DNA from: Bacteroidetes bacterium GWF2_35_48
GTDB taxonomy: Bacteria > Bacteroidota > Bacteroidia > Bacteroidales > GWF2-35-48
Length of the DNA stretch: 64,000 nucleotides
Direction: 5' to 3'
NCBI GenBank assembly: GCA_001769125.1
Contig: MEOG01000132.1
Location: forward strand, 11,628-75,627
Below the pieces are notes generated by a model. It was given only the letters and a program-made list of their open reading frames with translations, was not told where the DNA came from and ran no database searches. This document shows positions 53,508-62,139 of the stretch, piece by piece; the stretch's first letter is position 1, and each line of letters starts with the position of its first letter. The position numbers and the translations under genes are program-made.

Positions 53508-54386
53508 GTGGATAATTTCGATACACCTTTATCAATCTCAGAAGAAGATTTGAAGCGTTTTATTGAAGCAATAAAAACAGCTTCTACGTATGATTTTTCT
53601 GAGTATTCAGAGAAATCGCTTATGCGAAGGTTAGAAAAAGTTCTTTCTGACAATCAGATGGAAATTTCCGGTTTTATAGACCGCCTCAAGCAGGATACAT
53701 CTTTTCTTGAAAAAACCATAAAAGATATTACGGTTAATACCACAGAGCTTTTCAGGGATCCTACTGCTTGGCACATGTTAAAATACAATGTACTGCCACT
53801 GATAGCGCAAAATGACGAAATCAATATCTGGCATGCAGGATGTTCTACCGGACAGGAAGTATATTCAATGATGATTATGCTTAATGAAATGGGCTTGCTG
53901 AACAAAACAAACATTTATGCATCAGACCTGAATTCTGATGTTATTGAAACAGCAAAAAAAGGCGTTTACAAATACAGATTTAATCTTTTATACCTTGATA
54001 ATTTCGATAAGGTTTTAAAAGAAAATCCCCACGACCCGGGCAATAAAGCAGAAGTGTCTTACTCAAAATATTTTGATATTAATAAAGTGAAAGACACTAT
54101 TTCCATGAATAGCTTCCTGCAGAAAAAACCTCTGTACAAAAAACACGATCTTGTTACAGAACCTAATCCTTTTCCTGGTGTGGCTTATGACCTTATTCTA
54201 TGCAGAAATGTAATTATCTATTTTAATTATAATTTACAGAATAAAGTTTTCAGTTTGTTTTTTAACAATATTAAAATAAACGGAGCGCTATTGCTGGGAA
54301 TGCATGAATCAATGCTGGGGCCTATTTCATCAAGATTTGAAAAGAAAGGCCAATTGTATATAAAAAGTAAAAAACTGAACCCCTGA
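53508..54386 (+). CDS. cheR: CheR-type protein-glutamate O-methyltransferase
   Basis: N-terminal helical domain followed by TELFRDPTAW, the SAM-binding block INIWHAGCSTGQEVYSMMIML, and DLILCRNVIIYF. GTG start, with an in-frame TAA three codons upstream. Confidence 0.8.
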   Translation: MDNFDTPLSISEEDLKRFIEAIKTASTYDFSEYSEKSLMRRLEKVLSDNQMEISGFIDRLKQDTSFLEKTIKDITVNTTELFRDPTAWHMLKYNVLPLIAQNDEINIWHAGCSTGQEVYSMMIMLNEMGLLNKTNIYASDLNSDVIETAKKGVYKYRFNLLYLDNFDKVLKENPHDPGNKAEVSYSKYFDINKVKDTISMNSFLQKKPLYKKHDLVTEPNPFPGVAYDLILCRNVIIYFNYNLQNKVFSLFFNNIKINGALLLGMHESMLGPISSRFEKKGQLYIKSKKLNP

Positions 54387-54393
54387 TATTCAC

Positions 54394-55224
54394 ATGTACG
54401 GTTTTAATTTAACAGATCAGGATTTAAACAAACTGACATTTAGACTGAAAGAATTATGCGATGTGGATTACAGCAATTATGCTAAATCTGCTTTTCGCAT
54501 AAGCCTTAACTCTTTTATGCAAAGCCATGCTATTTATTCTATTGACGAACTTATTTTTCGGCTGGCAAAAGATCCTCTTCTGGCAGAATTTATGATAAAA
54601 GATATTGCTATTGAAGATTCAGAAGCATTCAGGGATACACTTGTCTGGAAGATTATCCGCTTTGATATTATCAAAGAATTGTATGAAAAAAGGGAAGAAA
54701 AATTAAGGATATGGATTCCCGGTTGTACTACAGGAGACGAATTGTATTCTTTGTGTATTTTGTTGAAAGAAAATTTTTTCATGGATAAGGTGGAGCTAAT
54801 GGCTTCCAGTATCAGCGAGAAATATATTGAGCTGATTAAAACAGGCATGTTCAGTATTAAAAAAAGCGAAATCAATCAGGCAAATTATTTACGCTATAAA
54901 GGAAAAGCAGATTTTAAAAACTACTATACTGTAAGCGGAAACAAAGCGCACTGGGATACTTCTCTGATTGAACAGGTTCGTTTTTTGCCAGCCCGTACCC
55001 TGTTTAAATCGCCCCCTGAAAATATTCAGTTTATTTTTTTCAGGAACAGAATGCTTTATTATAATTATCATCTGCAATTACAATTGTTGAACACATTTTA
55101 CCAATGCTTCAGCAATGATGGATTTCTTATTCTTGGAGCAAAAGAAACACTTTCAAATTTTAACATGAAAGCAAAATATGCTACTGTAAATGAAAACGAA
55201 AGTGTTTACAAAAAAATCTCATAA
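54394..55224 (+). CDS. Second, more divergent CheR-like methyltransferase
   Basis: EAFRDTLVW, LRIWIPGCTTGDELYSLCILL, FIFFRNRMLYY. Same architecture as the upstream gene but lower conservation. Confidence 0.7.
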   Translation: MYGFNLTDQDLNKLTFRLKELCDVDYSNYAKSAFRISLNSFMQSHAIYSIDELIFRLAKDPLLAEFMIKDIAIEDSEAFRDTLVWKIIRFDIIKELYEKREEKLRIWIPGCTTGDELYSLCILLKENFFMDKVELMASSISEKYIELIKTGMFSIKKSEINQANYLRYKGKADFKNYYTVSGNKAHWDTSLIEQVRFLPARTLFKSPPENIQFIFFRNRMLYYNYHLQLQLLNTFYQCFSNDGFLILGAKETLSNFNMKAKYATVNENESVYKKIS

Positions 55225-55240
55225 ATATTTTTTCTGAAAA

Positions 55241-55804
55241 ATGACAAACAAAGCAGTTATCATAGGTGGGTCGGCCGGAAGTTTTCAAGTAGTAATTCGG
55301 ATATTAAGTCAAATTCCGAAATCTTTCCCCTATCCCCTATTCTTGTGCCTGCATAGACTAAAGCATGTCAGGGAGGGATTCGTTGAAGCACTTTCCATTA
55401 AATCAAATATCACTATTTTAGAACCGAATGATAAAGACAGAATCAAGCCCGGCATTGCTTATCTTGCTCCTTCCAATTATCATTTATTAATAGAACCGGA
55501 ATTTCATTTCGCACTATCTTCAGGCGAGCCGATAAACCACTCACGTCCTTCTATTGATTTATCGTTTGCCTCTGCGGCTTATGCTTACAGAAACAATCTT
55601 ACCGGAATAATTTTATCGGGTGCCAACAAAGATGGGGCGTTAGGATTAAAAGCTGTAGCAGATTTTGAAGGAACAACGATTGTTCAGGATCCAAACGATT
55701 GCCAGATTCGCACCATGACAGAATCTGCAATTAAAACAGCAAGGGTTGATCATGTGTTAAGTACAGATCAGATTATTGCTTTTCTGGCAAAAATGACAGG
55801 TTAA
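55241..55804 (+). CDS. cheB: CheB-type methylesterase domain protein without a receiver domain
   Basis: AVIIGGSAGSFQVV (nucleophile Ser block), AYLAPSNYHLLIE, HSRPSIDLSFASAA, GIILSGANKDGALGLKAV. 187 aa, catalytic domain only. Confidence 0.8.
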   Translation: MTNKAVIIGGSAGSFQVVIRILSQIPKSFPYPLFLCLHRLKHVREGFVEALSIKSNITILEPNDKDRIKPGIAYLAPSNYHLLIEPEFHFALSSGEPINHSRPSIDLSFASAAYAYRNNLTGIILSGANKDGALGLKAVADFEGTTIVQDPNDCQIRTMTESAIKTARVDHVLSTDQIIAFLAKMTG

Positions 55805-58161
55805 AATTTTAATCCCACAATCAGAACATCATCTGTCTGCGAATTGGTTCCGCACCATTGATCAAAGGTTTCAGCAAGGATACGCTGCTGTTCTTTTACC
55901 GGGTATTGATGGGTTGCGTTTATCAGTTTTTCCAGCCGCGATAATCCGAATTTGTCCTGCATAGCACCTCCGAACTGATCTGCATATCCATCAGTGAAAA
56001 GATAAATGCAAGTACTCGGAGTAATAATTATTTCGTAATTTTTAAATTCCGGTTTTGATTTGTATGATATAAGTCCGCCAATTGAAAAAATGCTTCCCTT
56101 GATAATATTCAGCTTATTCTCCTGAACTGCATATATTGTCTGATCAGCTCCTGCCACAAGCGCCCGGTTCGTTTTTTTATCAACCATGCAAATAGAAACA
56201 TCCATGCCGTCATCCTGCATATTGTGTTCATCCCGGCCCTGATTCAATAGCTTTATAATTGCTTTATTCATTTTTTCCAGAATGACAGAAGGTGTAAATA
56301 TTTTTTCTTCTTTCACTATCTGATTTAAAATAGTATTTCCAATCATGCTCATCAATGCGCCCGGCACACCATGACCTGTACAATCTGCAATTGCTGCAAT
56401 AAAGCGATCATCATCTCCATAGAACCAATAAAAATCGCCACTTACAACAGCCTTGGGTCTGTAAAAAATAAAATGGTCGGGATTGTGTTTACTTATGTCT
56501 TCATGTCTTGGTAAAATTGCATCTTGAATTAACTTTGCGTATTGAATGCTGTCTTTTAGTAATTCATTTTGCTGATTCAGTTCTTTGTACATAAAATCAA
56601 GGCTGTCGCGCTGCGAAGAAATTTCTTCATTCTGCTGCTTGATTTCTTCATTCTGCTGCCGTATTTCTTCTTCGGCTTCTTTAATGTCTGTTATTTCAGC
56701 TTCAATGGCAACAAGTTTCACTATCTGCTGAGAAGAATTCATTATGGGAGTCAGCGTGGTTTGTATCCAGATAGAAATTCCATATTTATTCGTAGCAGGA
56801 AAAACATAAACCACAGAGCGTTTATTCTCTATACAATCATTAATCAAGTCTGAAACATGCTTGTTATTTTTGTGATCAAGAATGTTGTTACCGCGTTGTT
56901 TAACATATTCCTCTTTTGTGAAACCCCAGAGTTTGCAGAACCCTTCATTTACCCATTCAATATAACCTTCATTATCGGCAATAATAACCGAGTTATCTGT
57001 TTCACGTGCAACAATAGACAGTTTTTCAAGCTCTTTGTTTACGTCTTCCAGATAATCGCGTTGCGATTTCAACTCTTCGTTCTGCTGTTTTATTTCTTCT
57101 TTTTGCTGCTGAATTTCTTCTTCGGCTTCTTTTATTTTGGTTATATCTGTATCAATAATAACAAGCTTTTTAACGCTTCCGTCTTTATTATATGCGGGCG
57201 TCAGTGTTGTTTGCACCCATATTTTTTTGCCTTCCTTTGTTTCCCCCTGACTAGAATAAATAACAGGCATGCGACTTCCGAGACACTCGATAAATGCTTC
57301 CAAAAAATCAGAATGTGCGTTTGCCTTGATAATGTTTGCGCCTTTGGCAGCAATGTATTCATCAAAAGTATAACCATAAAGCTTGGTAAAACCATCGTTT
57401 ACCCATTCAATAATTCCTTCAACAGTTGCAATAGTAACAGCATTGTCTGTTTCACTGGCAACAATGGATAGCTTCTCTAGTTCTTTATTAATTTCCTGTA
57501 ATTTACTTTTTTGTGTTTCCAATTCGGCCTGACTTTTTTCCGAGTCTTCAAGCAAGTGCTGCACTTTTTTATTCGCTTCTTCCTTAAACCTGTATGAGCG
57601 TTCACGCGTAGATTCAAAAACGTAAGATAAAATAGCAACGGCAATATACGAAGCGATAAATCTGAATTTAACACCCGGGGCATATTCGCATATAGATTGT
57701 CTGAAACTATCAATTTCAGGTAAAATATATACGACAATAGCCGCAAGACAAAGAGAAGCGAGTATTAAAAAAAGACCAACTCTTCTTCCAATAATGAAAA
57801 AAGCAGTCGGAGGAAGCACATAAAACCATACAAATCCTGATTTGTCGAATCCTCCATCATACAATAAATAAACAGAAAGGCACAACATTAACACGATTAC
57901 CGAATAGCCCGGAAATATATGGTCTTTGGTACGACGCATGTAGAAAAAAAAGAAAACAAAAATAGAGGCAAAAGAAAACAAAACAATCGCTAAAGTAATT
58001 TTCTCCTGATAAAAATCCATAATACCAAGAAGCAACATAAAAAATATACCAACGGAACTATACAGGTTCACCAGCATAATTTTTCTTGTCTTTTCGTGAT
58101 CAAGAGAATCTTTCGTGTCGCTTGTCGCAAGATTCAGGAAAATGTCTCTATACCTTGCCAT
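55801..58161 (-). CDS. Multi-pass membrane sensor with two PAS domains, E/Q-rich heptad linkers and a C-terminal PP2C/SpoIIE phosphatase (786 aa)
   Basis: About 6 predicted TM helices in the first 190 aa. Two PAS-like blocks (ETDNAVTIATVEGIIEWVNDGFTKLYGYT and ETDNSVIIADNEGYIEWVNEGFCKLWGFT). Linkers AEEEIQQQKEEIKQQNEELKSQRD and AEEEIRQQNEEIKQQNEEISSQRD. PP2C blocks DSIQYAKLIQDAILP, SGDFYWF, ADCTGHGVPGALMSMIG and DGYADQFGG. The stop codon overlaps the cheB stop. Confidence 0.85.
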   Translation of the reverse strand: MARYRDIFLNLATSDTKDSLDHEKTRKIMLVNLYSSVGIFFMLLLGIMDFYQEKITLAIVLFSFASIFVFFFFYMRRTKDHIFPGYSVIVLMLCLSVYLLYDGGFDKSGFVWFYVLPPTAFFIIGRRVGLFLILASLCLAAIVVYILPEIDSFRQSICEYAPGVKFRFIASYIAVAILSYVFESTRERSYRFKEEANKKVQHLLEDSEKSQAELETQKSKLQEINKELEKLSIVASETDNAVTIATVEGIIEWVNDGFTKLYGYTFDEYIAAKGANIIKANAHSDFLEAFIECLGSRMPVIYSSQGETKEGKKIWVQTTLTPAYNKDGSVKKLVIIDTDITKIKEAEEEIQQQKEEIKQQNEELKSQRDYLEDVNKELEKLSIVARETDNSVIIADNEGYIEWVNEGFCKLWGFTKEEYVKQRGNNILDHKNNKHVSDLINDCIENKRSVVYVFPATNKYGISIWIQTTLTPIMNSSQQIVKLVAIEAEITDIKEAEEEIRQQNEEIKQQNEEISSQRDSLDFMYKELNQQNELLKDSIQYAKLIQDAILPRHEDISKHNPDHFIFYRPKAVVSGDFYWFYGDDDRFIAAIADCTGHGVPGALMSMIGNTILNQIVKEEKIFTPSVILEKMNKAIIKLLNQGRDEHNMQDDGMDVSICMVDKKTNRALVAGADQTIYAVQENKLNIIKGSIFSIGGLISYKSKPEFKNYEIIITPSTCIYLFTDGYADQFGGAMQDKFGLSRLEKLINATHQYPVKEQQRILAETFDQWCGTNSQTDDVLIVGLKF

Positions 58162-58196
58162 AATAAGTTTTTAGTTGTTGGTTGGTTAAGTAAAAA

Positions 58197-58250
58197 GGTG
58201 ATTGAGCGAAGCGTCGCACAGAGCTTGCCGAAGTGTCGAAATCCCCTTTT
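58197..58250. repeat. Inverted copy of the ggtgatttcga...gctcaatcacc unit
   Basis: The reverse complement ggggatttcgacacttcggcaagctctgtgcgacgcttcgctcaatcacc parallels 7958-8006. Confidence 0.6.
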
Positions 58251-58257
58251 TAATTTT

Positions 58258-60030
58258 TTAATAAATATCAATATCGTAAGGCAATCTCGCCTGTACTCCT
58301 CTCATGCGAAGAACATTTTGAATGCCTTTATAATATTTATAATTTTCTCCTAATTCCTTACGAATAACCGAAACGCTTGCATCGCCTGAAAGCTGCTCCA
58401 TTATTTGCTCGAAAGGTTCTTTTTGTTCAGGAAGAGATTTTATTCTATAATCCGTGATTTTTGCCATTCGCGCAGCAATTTTAATTGCTTCATTAAGCCC
58501 GCCATACGTATCAATTAATTTAATGCCTAAAGCGTTTTCTCCACTCCAAACTCTTCCTTGTCCTACACTATCAACCTGCTCTTTGGGGATTTTTCTGCCT
58601 TCGCTCACGTGTGTAATAAAAACATCGTAAATCTGTTCCACTTCGTGCTGTATTACATTTCGTTCATCATTCGTCATCGCTCTGAACTGAGTACCAATGT
58701 CAGAATGTGCGTTTGTTTTCACAACATCAACGGTAAGCCCAAGTTTTTCATTCATTAATTTTTTCCCATTAAACATAAGACCAAAAACCCCGATAGAACC
58801 AGTAATTGTTGTAGGACTTGCAATAATCGTGTCAGCAGCGCAGGCAATGTAATAACCCCCCGATGCAGCAACATCTCCCATTGAGGCAATCACGGGTTTT
58901 ACTTTTTTCGTAAGAATCACTTCCCTCAATATTACTTCAGAGGCAAGCGCGCTTCCTCCGGGAGAATTGATTCGCAGCACAACAGCTTTTACGTTTTTGT
59001 CTAAACGGGCTTTACGAATTGCTTCAGAGATGCCGTCGGAGCCAATGGTTTCAGAATCGCCTTTTCCCATATCAATCTGACCGGTTGCATAAATAACAGC
59101 GATTCTATCTTTCGCAATTTTTTTATTCTCATCAATTGTTTTGGGTGCGTTGGTGTATTTTCCGATTGACATAATTTCAAGTTCTTTTTCTGCAGCGATG
59201 CCTGACAATTGCTTCAATTCTGCAATGATTTCATCCTTGTATTTTACTCCGTCTGCCATTTTTAACTCAACGGCAATCTTTGCATTTCTAAGCGTCATGC
59301 TGTCGGCATAAAGGTTGAGGTCTTCAACAGAAATACTTCTTTGCACAGAAACGCCTTTTATAAAATGATCCCAAATAGACTTCATGTAAGTCATGGTTTG
59401 CTCCCTGTTTTCGGGACTCATTTTATCAAGGATAAAAGGTTCAATAGCACTTTTAAATTTCCCATGACGTATTACCTGTGGCTCTATCCCTAACTTTTCA
59501 ATTGCTCCTTTGTAAAACATCAGTTCTGCATTCAAGCCTTTGAATTCTATCAAACCCTGCGGGTTCAGATAAATTTTATCCGCAACGCTTGCCAGATAAT
59601 AGGCTCCCTGTGTGTAATAATCAGCATAGCTGATAATAAATTTTTTGGAAGTTTTAAAATCGAGAAGCGCATTTCTTATTTCTTCGATTGTAGCTGGACC
59701 TGCTTCTACAGCACTCACATCAAGATAAATTCCTTTAATATTCGGATCTGATTTCGCCTTTTCGAGGTTTTCTAAAATATCTGTCAGACCGAGTTTTGTT
59801 TCAGGCTTCATAGATAAAAGACTCATACCCTCAAAAGGATTATTGGAAGCCCTATCTGTAATTTCTTTGTCGAGCTTGATATGAAGAACTGTATTTTCTT
59901 TGACGAAAACCTGTTTGTCTTTGGTTGAAGAAACTATTGCAGAAATAATTCCGAAAAAAATCAATACCAGAATAATTGTTGAAATAAAAATTCCGGTAAT
60001 TGTTGCCAACATGTATTTTAAAAATTTCAT
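58258..60030 (-). CDS. sppA: Signal peptide peptidase SppA, 67K type
   Basis: N-terminal TM helix. Two ClpP/crotonase-like halves. Catalytic Ser block VLRINSPGGSALASE and SMGDVAASGGYYIA. Start at the ATG 60030 (MKFLKY), two codons inside the TTG-initiated ORF. Confidence 0.9.
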   Translation of the reverse strand: MKFLKYMLATITGIFISTIILVLIFFGIISAIVSSTKDKQVFVKENTVLHIKLDKEITDRASNNPFEGMSLLSMKPETKLGLTDILENLEKAKSDPNIKGIYLDVSAVEAGPATIEEIRNALLDFKTSKKFIISYADYYTQGAYYLASVADKIYLNPQGLIEFKGLNAELMFYKGAIEKLGIEPQVIRHGKFKSAIEPFILDKMSPENREQTMTYMKSIWDHFIKGVSVQRSISVEDLNLYADSMTLRNAKIAVELKMADGVKYKDEIIAELKQLSGIAAEKELEIMSIGKYTNAPKTIDENKKIAKDRIAVIYATGQIDMGKGDSETIGSDGISEAIRKARLDKNVKAVVLRINSPGGSALASEVILREVILTKKVKPVIASMGDVAASGGYYIACAADTIIASPTTITGSIGVFGLMFNGKKLMNEKLGLTVDVVKTNAHSDIGTQFRAMTNDERNVIQHEVEQIYDVFITHVSEGRKIPKEQVDSVGQGRVWSGENALGIKLIDTYGGLNEAIKIAARMAKITDYRIKSLPEQKEPFEQIMEQLSGDASVSVIRKELGENYKYYKGIQNVLRMRGVQARLPYDIDIY

Positions 60031-60184
60031 AATCAATAAATATTAAATTAAAATTTGGATTGCTGATATTGCAAAATTAGAAATTAAATTCACCTGTAAA
60101 AATCTGTATGTAAAAATTTGATCTTTTATGAAAAAAATATTCAAAATAAATTACTTTTGCTTTGGAATTTTAATTCATATACTT

Positions 60185-61417
60185 ATGAAATCATTGTTAC
60201 TTTATTCTTTTCTTATAATGGTATTTACCGGAACAATTAATGCGCAGTGTTATCCTGATATGGCGGTAACTGATACTGATAATCCCGGTGAAATTTTTCC
60301 GTTAACCATAACATTTAAACAGGGCATTGGGGCAAACCTAACTTTAACAATTATTCCTCCTCCTACAGCTATTCAGGGGATATACACATTTAACCTCTAT
60401 AAAATTGTAGTTCGAAGTATAGGGAATAAGCCTGCATGGTTGCAGTATGAGCCGAATGCGCCTTATGTTCAAACTGGGTCAATAAATCCCACAACCGGAT
60501 TCGAACTTGTAGTTGGACAAAAATACTGTATGCAGGTTACGGGTGTGCCGGACGGCTCTTTTATTGGCACGGATAGCATGTCTGTAATAGTTGATGCATA
60601 CATTGGAAATGAAACAGATCAGGTACTTCTTGCAGAAAACCAGAATGGCGGATATATTACATTTTCTGTTTGCGCAGAATCGGATACGAATTGCGCACCA
60701 ACTACAGGGGTTGTTTTTCCATGGATATTAACGGTTAAGGAAAATCAGGCACTTAACAACATGCAGGTTTCTCATGTAACGTCTCTACAATACAGGCATC
60801 AGGACAGAAACTACAATATACAGAAAATGGTTCTAAGGTCAATTGAAAACATGCCGTCATGGATGACTTACACATGCAATGCTCCGACTGTAACCACCGG
60901 GTCACAAAATCCGGTTCAGGGTTATGAATTTTTGGTAGGGCAAAAAAACAATGTATTTTTCAACGGAATCCCCGATGCTTCATTTATCGGCAGTGATACG
61001 ATTGACTGGAGGTTTGATGTATATGAAGGAACAGCGTCCGCTCCTACCCTTTTGTTTGAAAATGTATCAGGATATGAAATGCCCCTGCGCATTTGTTTGC
61101 TATCAGATACAAGCTGTCATACAACAGGTGTTAAAGAAATTAATTATTCTGGATTTGCGCTTTCTGAGTTGAATCCAACTCTGTTTTCTTCATTTACAAA
61201 AGTGGCTTTTACTACAAATACGTTCGGGATTATGAGCCTCTCTGTATATGATATTTTAGGCAGTCGAATTTATAACGAAGAAATAAATGCAATGCCGGGA
61301 GAAAATTATTTTTCATTTAACGGAGATAAGCTGAAAGACGGCGCATATTTATATTCTGTTACTGACGGGAAAAGAGTATTGACAGGAAGATTTGTAAAAA
61401 CGGGTGGAGACCGGTGA
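60185..61417 (+). CDS. Secreted protein with an internal ~170-aa duplication and a T9SS C-terminal sorting domain
   Basis: Signal peptide MKSLLLYSFLIMVFTGTINAQ, from the ATG at 60185 (the ORF track starts at 60128). Two homologous modules (...V.RSI.N.P.W..Y..NAP.V.TGS.NP..G.E..VGQK......G.PD.SFIG.D...). C-terminal domain ...LSVYDILGSRIY...GAYLYSVTDGKRVLTGRFVK. Confidence 0.7.
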   Translation: MKSLLLYSFLIMVFTGTINAQCYPDMAVTDTDNPGEIFPLTITFKQGIGANLTLTIIPPPTAIQGIYTFNLYKIVVRSIGNKPAWLQYEPNAPYVQTGSINPTTGFELVVGQKYCMQVTGVPDGSFIGTDSMSVIVDAYIGNETDQVLLAENQNGGYITFSVCAESDTNCAPTTGVVFPWILTVKENQALNNMQVSHVTSLQYRHQDRNYNIQKMVLRSIENMPSWMTYTCNAPTVTTGSQNPVQGYEFLVGQKNNVFFNGIPDASFIGSDTIDWRFDVYEGTASAPTLLFENVSGYEMPLRICLLSDTSCHTTGVKEINYSGFALSELNPTLFSSFTKVAFTTNTFGIMSLSVYDILGSRIYNEEINAMPGENYFSFNGDKLKDGAYLYSVTDGKRVLTGRFVKTGGDR

Positions 61418-61520
61418 TTTCGACTCCGCTCAATCACCGGAAAAACTCCGCTCAATCACCGGGTTGGTACGGTGGCTTCGACTTCGCTCTGCCACCGGGA
61501 AGAACCCACTCAATCACAGT
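61411..61520. repeat. Cluster of ccgctcaatcaccgg-type units; the first hairpin contains the upstream gene's stop codon
   Basis: ccggtgatt-tcgactccgctc-aatcaccgg (61411-61440, 9-bp arms; TGA stop at 61415-61417). It is followed by aaaaactccgctcaatcaccggg, ggtggcttcgacttcgctctgccaccggg and cccactcaatcac. Confidence 0.75.
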
Positions 61521-61569
61521 TTGGGAGGGCTAAATAAATAATAATAAAAATAATAAAAATATATTTCAA

Positions 61570-62025
61570 ATGGATAAAAAAGAATTAAAAGTAAACGCGA
61601 TTAAAGACGGAACAGCCATTGATCATATTCCGGCATCGAAACTTTTCAGAGCAATTACAATTTTAGGTCTTGACACTATTAAAAATCCGATTACTTTCGG
61701 AACAAATCTGGAAAGTAAAATGCTTGGTCAAAAAGCAATCATTAAAATCTCTGATAAATTTTTCAAAGATGATGAAATCAATAAAATTGCGCTGGTTGCA
61801 CCTGAAGCTAAATTAAACATTATCAAAGATTATAATGTTGTAGAGAAAAAAAAAGTAAGTATCCCTGATGAGATAACAGGAATTGTGAAGTGTGTGAATC
61901 CAAAATGTATTACCAATCATGAAAAGATTACTACAAAATTCACTGTTGTATCAAAAAATGAAGTTGCACTGAAATGTCACTATTGCGAAAAAATAACAGA
62001 TCAGAATAATTTTGATTTTATTTAG
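61570..62025 (+). CDS. pyrI: Aspartate carbamoyltransferase regulatory subunit
   Basis: LKVNAIKDGTAIDHIP N-terminal allosteric domain and C-terminal zinc domain CVNPKCITNHE...LKCHYCEK. 151 aa. Confidence 0.9.
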   Translation: MDKKELKVNAIKDGTAIDHIPASKLFRAITILGLDTIKNPITFGTNLESKMLGQKAIIKISDKFFKDDEINKIALVAPEAKLNIIKDYNVVEKKKVSIPDEITGIVKCVNPKCITNHEKITTKFTVVSKNEVALKCHYCEKITDQNNFDFI

Positions 62026-62058
62026 TGTTTATTGCCAGAGCGACTCTAATTTCAAATA

Positions 62059-62130
62059 TCCTCTATGTGCCTATGTGGTTAAAAAAAACATTATCCCCTA
62101 TGTGTTCTATGTGTCTATGTGGTTAAAAAT
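62059..62130 (+). repeat. Two units of (ctatgtgN)n-ggttaaaaa
   Basis: cctctatgtgcctatgtggttaaaaaaaac and cccctatgtgttctatgtgtctatgtggttaaaaat. Same design as cttagtggcttagtggtaaaat (14080, 22060) and ctttgtgtcttagtggcaaaac (41305). Confidence 0.7.
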
Positions 62131-62139
62131 AAATAAACA

